A stretch of DNA of 61,337 nt, filler included, from Basidioascus undulatus (taxonomy: Eukaryota): assembly GCA_000826855.1 (NCBI GenBank). It is 8 parts of 8 records of this genome, joined end to end, with 100 filler letters (N's around TTAATTAATTAA, not from the genome) between each part and the next. Parts side by side here need not be neighbours in the genome. Positions count along the whole stretch, not along the records: positions 36,095 to 41,083 come from JTLS01002034.1; positions 41,184 to 46,158 come from JTLS01002035.1; positions 46,259 to 51,221 come from JTLS01002036.1; 5 more parts are not named here. The stretch is one strand, 5' to 3'. Shown piece after piece: positions 36,095-46,714 of the stretch. How positions within the stretch are numbered: the stretch's first letter is position 1; every line of letters begins with the position of its first letter. The notes beneath the pieces are model-generated. The model did no database searches and was not told the DNA's origin. It worked only from the letters and a program-made list of their open reading frames with translations. Both the position numbers and the translations under genes were made by a program.

Positions 36095-36870
36095 AGAAGC
36101 AGAGGAGTGAGAAGGCAAGGGGGGAAGGGGTTGGAGAGAAGGGAGGGGGCGCACTCGATCAGGAACACCCCGTACGAGGAGGCCATGATGATTGCGGGGC
36201 CGGTGGGGCGGAAGGGGAGCTCACTGTGAATTGGAGGGGTGAGTTTGCAAGACGGAGAAGGAGAAGGGCAAGGATGAGGGAGGAGGGAAACGCACCCGAT
36301 GCAGGGGTTCGCGAACGTCTGGAGCGACTCAGACATGAGGTGCACGTAGCCCGTGGAGATGATCACGCCGGTACCGCTGGAGTTTGATAGACGGTATGAG
36401 AGGGGACACTGGGCAAGGGGAAGGGGAGGATGGGGAGGTGCGCGCACAAGTACTTGGTGAACGCCAGGACTCGCTTCCAGAAGGTGCTCTTCCTGCAGCG
36501 CTGGTCAGAGGACGGAGTTGCGGAATGGAAGGGTATGGCTACGCACAGAGTACCGAATAAAACAGGAATGACCACACCCGCCGTGCTCGCAACGAGCAGG
36601 ACGAACTGTCCGCCCATCCACCGTCAGTCCCCACCTCTCCCTCCAGACCCAGCTGCTGACTCGACTCACGAGCGCGACGATATGTAGCTCCAAATCATAG
36701 TCCACCGGCGCCTGCTCGGCACACCGCTCCGCCAGGCTCTTCGCTTCGCTCCCCACGGCGCGTCGGCCGAGGTGCGGATTCCGCATGTCGACGGTCGCGG
36801 CGACGAGGGTGGAGGAGGAGAGCGCGTAGAGGAGCCCGAAGGCGCCGACGATCTTGTGATCGATCGGCAT
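36095..36870 (-). CDS. ZIP-family zinc/iron permease (ZRT-like), 3'-truncated
   Basis: YDLELHIVALFVLLVASTAGVVIP, KYFGTGVIISTGYVHLM..FANPCIGEL; exons splice in frame. Confidence 0.88.
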
Positions 36871-39084
36871 GGGGGGCAGGGAAAGGGGGGAGGAAGGTGA
36901 GGGTGGGGAGGATCAGGAGAGGGAGAATGAGGGGGTGAAGGAGGAGGAGGTGCTGGTGGTGGTGGTGGTGGTTGAGGATCGAGTGGATGAAGTGGACGGG
37001 GAGGAGCGAGAGACGCCCAGAGGTCGCAGAACGATGCGGCTTCCGCCAGAGTCCGGAACTCCCGGTCGCCGATCGCTGCCCTCGCTCGCTCACCGAGTTC
37101 CTGGCCTCTCATCGTCCACTCAGTCCACAACTCCCATCGCCTTTCTGTTTCCTTTTGAAAATTTATGTTCTTGACTGCAGTTCAGCATAAGAAACATTGC
37201 AAAAAATCAAGACAAATTGTCTCTACAGCCGCGAAACCCCGCCCAGATGGAAAGCCGCTTGGCCAGCCGTCACTGAGCCAGCGGAAAGGTTCGGGAGATC
37301 GCTGCCCGGGCCCTTCCGTCGACGGTACTGCGCACACGACCATAGGAGACCGAGCAAGTCCTGCCCAATTGGTTCTTCCGGGTTGCGTGGGTTTGTTGAA
37401 AGACTGAACTATGACAAGTTGGAGAGAGAGGAGCATGGGTGAGAGTGGAAGTTTCAAAGTGGGTGTGGACTCTGTCAATGTGAAAGAGAATGTTGTCAGT
37501 TGCCATCCAGCGACGGTCGGATACCGTGCTATACAGATGGTGTCAACGACGCTGCAAAAGAACCTCACAGCTTCTCACTATGTAAAACGTCAGACACAGG
37601 CCTGTCCATGTGCGCAGGCTGAGGGAGCCGCCGTCGCACAGCATATTCCTGAAGATCAACACCGTCTTCAGGCACACTCGGCCTCCTGCATTTAACCCCG
37701 TGAAGGAATTTTAGTGCTGCAAAACATTCCTCAGTGCTGTCCCCCCTTGGACGAACCGCCGGAGCACGGCCCACTTTACTCCCGTCTGATGCACCGCCTA
37801 GCTTGGAGGACACAGCGGTTCTCACACACCTTTCATTGCTTCATTCTCTTCTCTCGGTCCTTAGTCTCTACAATAAACTAAATGAATCCAGCCAGTGAGC
37901 CCTGCTAGCAATCTGAAGCTTTTCTTCCGATCCCCGTGTCCATGGAGCTTCATTGCAGTCGCCTAACCCTCCTTCGCTTCTCGCTCATCTGGTTCTCAAA
38001 CACCACCGCCGTCTTCCCTCAGCCCTTCTTTCCCTCTTCCATTCAATGCACATACGGTTACTGGGCCTAACTGCTCGCAACACCTGCCCGAAACTCACAC
38101 ATCGCGGGCCACTGGCGCGCGGTCCGAACCCGGAACATGCAAGCTCACTTCAGCGCTCTTAACATACACATACAAGCGGATCCGAGAGACATACAATAAG
38201 CCAGCACGCCCACCATGACTGCCGCAACGCTGAGGAAGGAAGAAAGCGACAGGCGGCCATCCTTGACGGGCCTGGGAGGCTCCTGAAAGCCCGTACTTGA
38301 AACCTCCCTGCTTTGTCTGGGTGACTTGTGGGCTCTGCATTCTCCCATACCCAACCATGCGACAGAAGGACGAGGACGAAGACCTATTCATGTTGTTGGA
38401 AACCGAAGTCGCCTGTGGTCGCCAATTGGAACCCTCGGACTAGCACGTTCGAGTTGGTTCATGGCTCGCTGTCTGTAATTCTATGATGACTCTCGTATCA
38501 GGTACAAATCAGAGTGAACAAGTGTTCTAGACGCATCGCCACAACTTTACGCCGGGTGTTGCATTTTGTCTCCAAGCACAGTGCTCGGCTGGTTTCTATT
38601 GCTGATTCTTGTAGAGAAACATGATTTCTCTTTTATTACTAGCCCTTATTATCATACGAAGTCATGCGAAAGAAGTATACCCAGCCAGGAGGGTTATGGT
38701 TACGCAGCTCAGCTGCGTCGCCCTCTTAAACATAACAAAACACCCTGTGGCCCATTAGCATCGAAAAACATTTGGGATACATAAATATGGCTTGGCAAGT
38801 TCTCATGCTACTGGACTTTCGCGGCAGCGGATGGTTGTCTACAGGGTCGCGCACTCGACTGTGGAAGGGGTCCTTCCCTGCGGCGTTGCACGCCTCCTGC
38901 GGCCTTGGTATCCCATCCCACCGAAAAAAATAGAAAGTGACATTGACCTCCGTGGACGCTGCCAGTAGTATGCCTCTCGCCCGCCCAGCCGGCCGACGTC
39001 CCGCTGCCTGCAGGACCCGTTCATACCCGTTCACTTCTGTGCGGCTTCAACTCAAAAGTTCCCACTTCACTTAAAACGACTACT

Positions 39085-40530
39085 ATGCGCCTCCCTCCAC
39101 TACACATCACCTCTCTCTTGATCTTCGTCCTCATCGGGGCGTTCGCCACGGCCGTTCCGAACGTCGAGCTTCAGAGCTCGTGCAGATGGGACTCCGAAGC
39201 AACCGCATCCTTGTGTCCAATAAGGAGCTCAAGCAAGGAGGGCGTGACCCACCGGATGACCGCCAGCCTGTACATTTCCGACGTTCTTACCCTAGCCCTG
39301 ACCCGCAGGCGTTCAGCTGACCGCCGGCTTCTCTTCAATCCAAGGACGTCTGCATCGTAAGCGCGCGAGCGAACTCGCTTGCTTTCGGTCATGCGCGCAC
39401 CCTCGGAACCATCACATCCCTCACTGCGTGTTGCGACGAGTGCGTGCAGACCGCAGGTTGGGGGTCCTTGCTCTTCACCGTAAACTCGTGCAATCTCAAT
39501 GGCGAGCCCGCGAGCGCCCCGCCTTTTTGCTCCGTCTCGAGCCGGACTAGGCCTTTGCACGGCATTGTTGCGAATAAGTCTACCATCCATGCTGGGACAG
39601 GGCCTTGTACCCGGGTGCGGAGTACTGCCTCGAGTCGTTCTACATCCTGCCGTTTCTCAGCGCTGGACAATGCCACACTCGGACGCAGGGGCTTTTCCAT
39701 GACTAGTTTGCGTTAACTCTGGAATTTTTCACACCCCTGTCGGATCTGCTATCCTTGTCACCAATGTTCGCATCAATGTCACGATGCTTGAGACAAACCA
39801 CCATGTATACCTGCGCGGCTGTTATATCCCCTCAACGTGCCTTCAGAATGGGTCCATTTACCACATGGCGGCGCACTCGTCCAGACTTCCTCGCCACCTG
39901 CAAAACGCCACGTCTCGCTGGGCCATTCTCGTCTTTCCGCAGTCGAATAAAACTTACATCATATGAGCCGCCACTGTGAAAAGGACGGCATCTTTCATAT
40001 CCAGGACATGCTCACTAGCGACATGCAGCACGACCAACGGGCTTTCAATATCTTTGAGGGCGAAGCATCAAACTCATAGTGACTCCCGCAGTGCTTCACA
40101 AGTTGGGAAGGATATCGTAGCTTCTCCTTTTCCCGTAAATAGTGTGACACCGAAGCAGTGAGGCCCCACAGCTCTGTGCACATCGCAGCCGGACCTCCAG
40201 GCCGGACAAGCAAGACCGTCGTCCTGTTCATGCCGGACGCGGAAATGGTGCTAAGTTATATCAAATGAGGGTCATAATTATAGCCTTACTTGGGTTCCAG
40301 GAACGCGTGGAGGTGCTCCGGGTGTTTCCTGAATGAATGCGAGGCACAGGCAAGCACTCGACGGACAGTCCCGCCCGCCGCCTATTGACCACTCTCTCAA
40401 GTCGACACGCAAGCACGGGTCCACACGCCGGATACCATGAGTGGAAAATACCCAACGCAAATTGGCCCCCTACGCATGTTACTGTATTGTCAATCGGCGG
40501 CACAGGATTCACTTGCAAACGTGCTCGCTT
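39085..40530 (+). pseudogene. Probable decayed gene for a secreted protein
   Basis: Signal-peptide-like start MRLPPLHITSLLIFVLIGAFATAVP. Downstream protein-like blocks fall in shifting frames with many stops. Confidence 0.3.
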
Positions 40531-40812
40531 CTCGCCGCCCGAAAATCCTCAGTGCCAACACCAAGCCATACGCGGAATACATAAAATGACATGAAAAGTT
40601 TTTGTTCTTTCTAGAAACCCCCGACTGGCGTGGGGTCTTCCCTCACGGTTAGTGTGGAATTGCCCCCTCCCCGTTTCCCCCGGAGTGCCCCGACCGACGT
40701 CGTCGTCGTCTCGAGAATTGTAATGGTAGGGCCAATGCGCACGCGTTTCCTTGCTATTCACAGGGGGCAGGGAGCCGCACAAATAGTGGAAGTGAAATGA
40801 GCAGCCGAGATT

Positions 40813-41083
40813 ATGAGTAGTGGGCCTCCGTCTTCGAAATCGCAATGGTATTGGAACGGGACCACCGACAGACGCGTGCACGGCGCATTGCCCAGCTCCT
40901 CCTTCCCCTGCACCCCTTCCCTCTCCCCTCCGAAAAGCGACTCTAGCTCCGCACACCACAGTCCGGAAGGTGGGTATCCATTTCAACTTCAATCTCATGC
41001 TTATCCAGGTACAACGCCAACTCTCATACAAGAATCTCACTCCCCCCCCTTCCCCTCCCTTTCCCAGCATGTCGGTGCCGAGG
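40813..41083 (+). CDS. 5' fragment of a Ser/Pro-rich hypothetical protein
   Basis: ATG at 40813, open to the contig end. Confidence 0.35.
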
Positions 41084-41183
41084 NNNNNNNNNNNNNNNNN
41101 NNNNNNNNNNNNNNNNNNNNNNNNNNNTTAATTAATTAANNNNNNNNNNNNNNNNNNNNNNNNNNNNNNNNNNNNNNNNNNNN
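41084..41183. other. Artificial contig linker
   Basis: N44-TTAATTAATTAA-N44. Confidence 0.98.
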
Positions 41184-41697
41184 CGACCCCCCCCTCCCCC
41201 GCGATCCTCGACGACGCCCTCTCGCGCCTCACCTCCAACCGCGCCGTCGCGGGCGTGCTCATTCTCCTCGCGAGCGACGGGAACATCGTGCGCTCCGCGG
41301 GCGCCGCGTTCGAGGGCGAGGGCGGGCGGCGGTATGCCCGCGGGGTGAGGGGGATCGTGGAAGGGGTTAGGAGGGGGGTGGGAGAGTGCGAAGAGGGGGT
41401 GAGTTCGTTGGGGTGATGTAGGAGGAGGGTGGTGTGGAGGCATGGGAGGAGGTGGCTTATGTGTGGGAGGGCTCAGGACGACGTGAAGTTGCTGAGGATC
41501 CGGACAAAGCGGCACGAACTCATCATCACGCCCAGTACGTCCTCTCCCCTCTTCCCCTCGTCCCCTGCTCCCCTCCTGTCATCTCCCCTTTCACAATCTA
41601 CACACCTCGCATACCCTCCCGTAACCAACTGATGTCGGACGGCGCAGGCGATCCCTACATCATGGTATGCGTGCAAGATCCGTCTGTCGCAAAATGA
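41184..41697 (+). CDS. Dynein light chain roadblock/LC7, 5'-truncated
   Basis: LSRLTSNRAVAGVLIL..GNIVRS..RRYA..DDVKLLRIRTKRHELIITP.DPYIMVCVQDP; two introns. Confidence 0.88.
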
Positions 41698-42308
41698 CCC
41701 GTCGGGCCGCGTGTATTCTTCCTTTTGTTCGCACTTGCATTATACCCCTTTTGACGCCTCAGGGTGGGCTTGATGAGCTGGAAGTAAAGGGGGGGGTGGG
41801 ACGGGGATGGGGACGCTCGTCGAACGTACTCCCCGTCGATCAGCATGTGCACTCATCGCTGAACACTCTCGTTTCTATTTGCGCCTCGTACTCGATCAAT
41901 ACCCAGCGATACAGTCGCTTTCTGTCCGCCCGCCCAGTGTCCTGTGGAGTTCTTCGAGGAAGGACATGGACGGGGGCGCTGGTCGAAGAGCTCGCTGGTG
42001 TTCCGCGCTCATCGCGAAGTACCAGCTCTCTGATCGGCTCCTCGACCTGAATCCTTCTTGGCAAAGTCGTACTCATTCCACAGCCCAACATATGACTCAA
42101 GTTGGCTCGTCTCGCGCAGATCTTTCGGGGCGACGAACTGCTTGAGCGGCGCTTCACGCTCCTCTCGTCCCCTCAGCCCTCTTTTCTTCCTTTGACTCCC
42201 TGAAACTTCACATTCTTCCTCAAAGCCACAAGTTGCCACTTCCTTCGGCTTTAGGAAACTGTCGAGACCCCTAATCCACAGCGCTTCTCAATTCACATCG
42301 ATGCGCGC

Positions 42309-43133
42309 TCACACCCTCCCTAGTCCCCTCATCTCCCACACATCCCTCAGCGGCACCTCCACCCGCTTCAGAAGCACTCTCCACTCCTCGCCGACATCGC
42401 CCTTCAGTTCCTCTACACACCACCATGCGCGCCACCGCCCATCGGCACTCCTCGTCTCTGCCGGTTCCGACGGCGAGGGCACCGCGAGCGTCGGCCCGGA
42501 GGTGCCTTTGTCAATCCAGGCGGTACTGATTGGCATGCACCATGAGCTGGATGGCGGTGTTAGCGTTGGCAGACGGAGGAGGAGGGCGGAGCGAGATGGG
42601 GTAGGCCGAGCGGGGGAAGGAGGGGACCAGCGTGCATGTGTGGGTGAGGGGGTCGAAGTGCGATCTGGATGAAAAAGGGGGTGAGAGAAAGTCTGGTTCG
42701 GGGAAGCTAGTCTGGTTGCCGTAAGAGAGAGGAGATGAGGAAGCATACAAGATGAGCGCACGCGTTTCGAGCGTCTTATCAGGACACCTGTAATTCGGGC
42801 AGACATTGTTCGCGCCTGCGTATTTTGGTTCGGGATAAGGCAAAATAGCATGTTTTTCACATTGCAAGCCCCAACGAGCACAGTTGCAAATCAGCTTGCA
42901 AAAATCCCCCGACTCCTCGGAAGACACGCAAATGCACCATCACTTTCTCCCCTCTTCTGTGCTCTCCAGCGCAGACGCGTCCCGGACTCCTTGAATGGCC
43001 TGAGGAGATGAACCGTGGAAAGTTCGCGGATGTGCGTGTTGACTTGCGAGAGCGCCAGGAGATCGCGTGGGGTAAGGTGGGAGAAGACGAGATCGTGCAG
43101 GTGAGCGAAGGGCGGGTGAAGCAGGCGGTGCAA
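42309..43133 (-). pseudogene. F-box-like gene lacking an in-frame ATG, with an apparent frameshift in the last exon
   Basis: HLHDLVFSHLTPRDLLALSQVNTHIREL is F-box-like, and an in-frame TAA lies just upstream. The frame switches near 42530. Confidence 0.4.
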
Positions 43134-44271
43134 GGCTGGATGTTACGTTGAAGGTGGGATGCGGAGGATGAGAGGTTCGGATATGGGAAAGAGCATTCAA
43201 CTTTGGTTTATTTGTTTGCATCTCTGCAGGAATGCCGTGTGGATGCGTAACTCTTCAAAGCTCCGATGGCCGGCGGTGGACTCGGAGCAGGCGGCGTGGC
43301 GGCGAGTAGCTGGTTAACTACATGAGCACTGTACATGCTATTTGCGTACCCCCATAATCCAGGATTTTTAGTTGTACCCCGAGTAACGGAAGGTTTCTGT
43401 GTCGCCTGGGATAGGCTGTGTGGCGTCGTGCATGCCAATAGAACGCAAGGACACGACCTTCCGATTGTTCTCTGATTCAAACGGCAGCCGTAATAGTGCT
43501 GCACACCCTATGTGGACTTTCCGACCTGCTTATGTGCAATAGTTACTCTTGGTGCAATAGAAAGCGCGGAGTGAAGGGCAGTATGAATGCAGTACATTTT
43601 TGGTGCCACAGTCTGGAAGTCGAAACCCATCGGTTACAGCCATTCTTCAAGATAGCCCACTCCATACTCCGTGGAGTCTTCAATACACGAGAATTCGTCC
43701 GTTAGCATATGGTAGAAGCTTATGCCTCGCGCGCTGCAGACCAGAACAGCACGGGCACTCGAGGCGGCATGAGGGACTGGACCAGGAGCGCTAACATTGC
43801 GCACCTGCTTGTCCGTTATCACCTTCAGGATCATCTCCGGGTGGACTGCTACGTCGTTCTGCCGTAATGGGTCTCAGGCCGCCTTGCGTAAAGAATGCGA
43901 GGCTCATGGCTGTCGCACTGCCCCTCCAACCATCTTTCATCTCTGAAGATGTTACTTCGCCCCCTGTGAGAAAGGATTGGTTTAAAAAACGACTGCACAT
44001 GAGGAGCATTGTGTCGGCGTATAGTCGCTGCGTTTGGAAAGCCCTCTGCTGCGCACCATGCGCGTTCATCCGAGACCTGCATGCCAGCCGGCCTCTGGGC
44101 GCAACTATCCGTGCCTTTCCGGATGTAGAACCCTTTTTATTCGTTATTTTCCCTTAGCAGGTCCCGGGCACTTCAAAGGCTGGCCCTCAAAGCGCGGGTC
44201 GGCCAGCCTCCCTCCTCACATCGTCGACACCCCCCAACTCGCCAGCCTCCCTCAAGCTATCGACGGACGCT

Positions 44272-44721
44272 ATGAGCGAGTCCAAGCCCCTTCTCACTGA
44301 GAAGGATCAGTCGGAATCTATACACCTGACCCTCGAAGTTGGTCGTCCTGCCGCTCACGCCCCGAAGCATGAGACCATCTCCGCCTGAGAGTCTGGAGTA
44401 GACCACAATCATCGCCATCATCCTCTTCTTAACCTGCCTCAATGGCTTGATCCAGATCTACATCAACTCCTTCAGCTTTCCCGTCTACGGAGACATGCTG
44501 GTCCATATCGGAAGGATCTGGGATGACAGCGCCTCTAGGTGCGTCTTTCATTGTGCCTGGAGAAGGAAGATGGACCCAAGGTCGCTAAGCCGCAGTGCGT
44601 GGTGGAAAAAGGCGGTTCTTTGTTTCTGGTGGTATGTTCTGTCGCGCTCAACCTCAATCCTCGGATGAACAAGGAGGAACCCAAAGCCGAGGCGGACAGG
44701 GCGACAATGGAGGAGGTGTGA
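44272..44721 (+). pseudogene. Possible decayed membrane-protein gene
   Basis: MSESKPLLTEK start, a TM-like TIIAIILFLTCLNGLIQIYI segment in a second frame, and a C-terminal block in a third frame. Confidence 0.25.
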
Positions 44722-46158
44722 GCGTGGACTTGAGGCGGGCTAGGCATGGGCGTGGGCGATACTCAATGGGATCTACCAAAACGATATCCACATTTGATTG
44801 TAAAGCGCGTCTGAGCTCTGCAAACAAAACGTGCCACGAATCAATGCCTCGGGGAGATCCGATGGCAAGACTGCGGTGAGGCAGCGAGGTCAGTAGCATG
44901 CGACGATGCAAAATGCGATGTTATATCACGGTATGATTGCGACTGTCTCTGTGGAGGGACATTACATCGGACCTACAACGTACACCCAGAGGAACTGCCA
45001 CCTTTTTTAGCAAAATCTGATGTAACCAGAGGAACAGGTCAAAGTTACCAGGGGGAGATTGCTTGGATGGCCAGAACACTTCGGTGTGCGAGGTGTATTT
45101 GACCTTTCCTCCAATTAGTGTCTCTCAGGTTTCCATCCTGACCTGTCTTCTTGTTCGTTCTACCATTTATGCTTGTAGCCGCGCAATTTCACGTTTGTTT
45201 TGCGGCGAAATGAATGGCAACGCACAGCAACCAGCGTCTTCTCCCAATCTTTGTTCATCAATCCATCAAACAGACCCCGTATGACGAACCCACGAACCTA
45301 CAAGCAGAGCAGCCCCGGTACCTGAACCCATCAGACTGGACTTTTGTTGCGCCCCGTTCTCCACCACCCGAGGTGGAAGAGGGCGGGGCGCTCCGCACGC
45401 AGACCCGCGCAGGAGGGTCTGTCGGACAGGGGATCCTCGGGTTGTCTTCATCTGGGTTTCCGGGAGGGGTGTGGGAGAGAAGGGAGGGAGCGCGAGAGGC
45501 AGGGAAGAAGGGGAAGGAGGGAGGTCCGGAGAGCGGGAAGGAGCGTGGGGTAGCGTGATGGACGTCGCGTGCATCGAAAGGAACAAAAAGCGAGGAAAGT
45601 ATCAATTACGAAAGGGAAGAAAAGTACAGCTCGTCAACCCATCCTTTTACCCAAACGAAGAACAAGCTTCAGACGCACCTTTCTTGGAGCCCTTCCTTTC
45701 TCGTCCCTCCCTCCTCCAACTGCCCTCATCCCTCGCATGGGCCCTTCGAGCTGCACGAAGCGCCACCTACGCGAATAGCAGAATCTGGCGCTGCATACTA
45801 CGTTGGCGCCGGTATTGATCGAGCGCCCGCTTCTTCGAGTCAGGTCTTCGAGATGGGAGAAGAAGCCTCCGTGTGAGAACGATCGAAAGAGAAGAGCGAC
45901 ATTGAGGGCCTGAGCCGATCGACCGGATCGAGTGAAAAATGAGCGGTGCAGCGGAGTGAGTCCTGAGTCCAACCCAGCCCCTACCAACCAGCGTATCCCA
46001 CTCCCGTGGCTCACATCCATCCATCCAGCCCAGGATTCCCCGCAGAAGCGGCCGGCCGTATTCGTAGCGTGTGCATATGCGTTTGGCGACCCAGCATACA
46101 AGGGGGGTGGGAAGGGGAGAGACGGTGAACGAGGAGGAGTCGACGCGCGGGGAAGGAA

Positions 46159-46258
46159 NNNNNNNNNNNNNNNNNNNNNNNNNNNNNNNNNNNNNNNNNN
46201 NNTTAATTAATTAANNNNNNNNNNNNNNNNNNNNNNNNNNNNNNNNNNNNNNNNNNNN
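46159..46258. other. Artificial contig linker
   Basis: N44-TTAATTAATTAA-N44. Confidence 0.98.
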
Positions 46259-46640
46259 CTTTCCCTCCCCACCCATCCATCCTAACCGACTTCCTCGTCC
46301 CCTCCATCAACCGTCGTGCCCTCCCCTCCCTAACGCTCCACTACCCGCCCTCCGCCCTCGCCAAAAACCCATACTTCAGGCCGCCGCGTGCGGGTCGCTC
46401 GCGTACCTAGGCGACTCCAAGACGCACGTCTTGATCCAGCACGGCTACGCGGAACTACTCGCCGAGGACGTGGCGAAGCTCGTGCGCGCCTGAGGGACGA
46501 TGGTGTACGCGAGGAGGTGGACGTCTTTGATGGCGGGGCGCATGTGGATGCGGGGATTGCGTTTGCTCTGAGGGAGAGGGGGGAGAAGAGTAGTTGGGAG
46601 AGGCTGTTGAAGGCTGTTAGATGCGATCGGGCTGCCGAAA
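46259..46640 (+). pseudogene. Alpha/beta hydrolase (HSL-like esterase/lipase) C-terminus with two -1 frameshifts
   Basis: TDFL..NPYFRP | AACGSLAYL..VLIQHGYAELLAEDVAKLVRA | LRDDGV..VFDGGAHVDAG..SSWERL. Breaks at ~46383 and ~46490, both in C runs. Confidence 0.65.
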
Positions 46641-46714
46641 GCGAGTGTGCACTGCGTGCGGGAAGGCACGCTGCGAGCGGCGACGGAATGCTTGTTCAAA
46701 ACACATGCATCCCC

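Noticed and set aside
31005..36870. Secondary-metabolite cluster (acyl-CoA synthetase + MFS + ZIP)
   Set aside because: ZIP is on a different contig, no backbone enzyme is visible, and the MFS is frameshifted.
36871..37112. His-rich upstream ORF as a zinc-sensing leader for the ZIP gene
   Set aside because: The poly-His frame has no ATG and derives from a (CCA)n microsatellite. The nearby ATG at 37112 is out of frame and probably upstream of the TSS.
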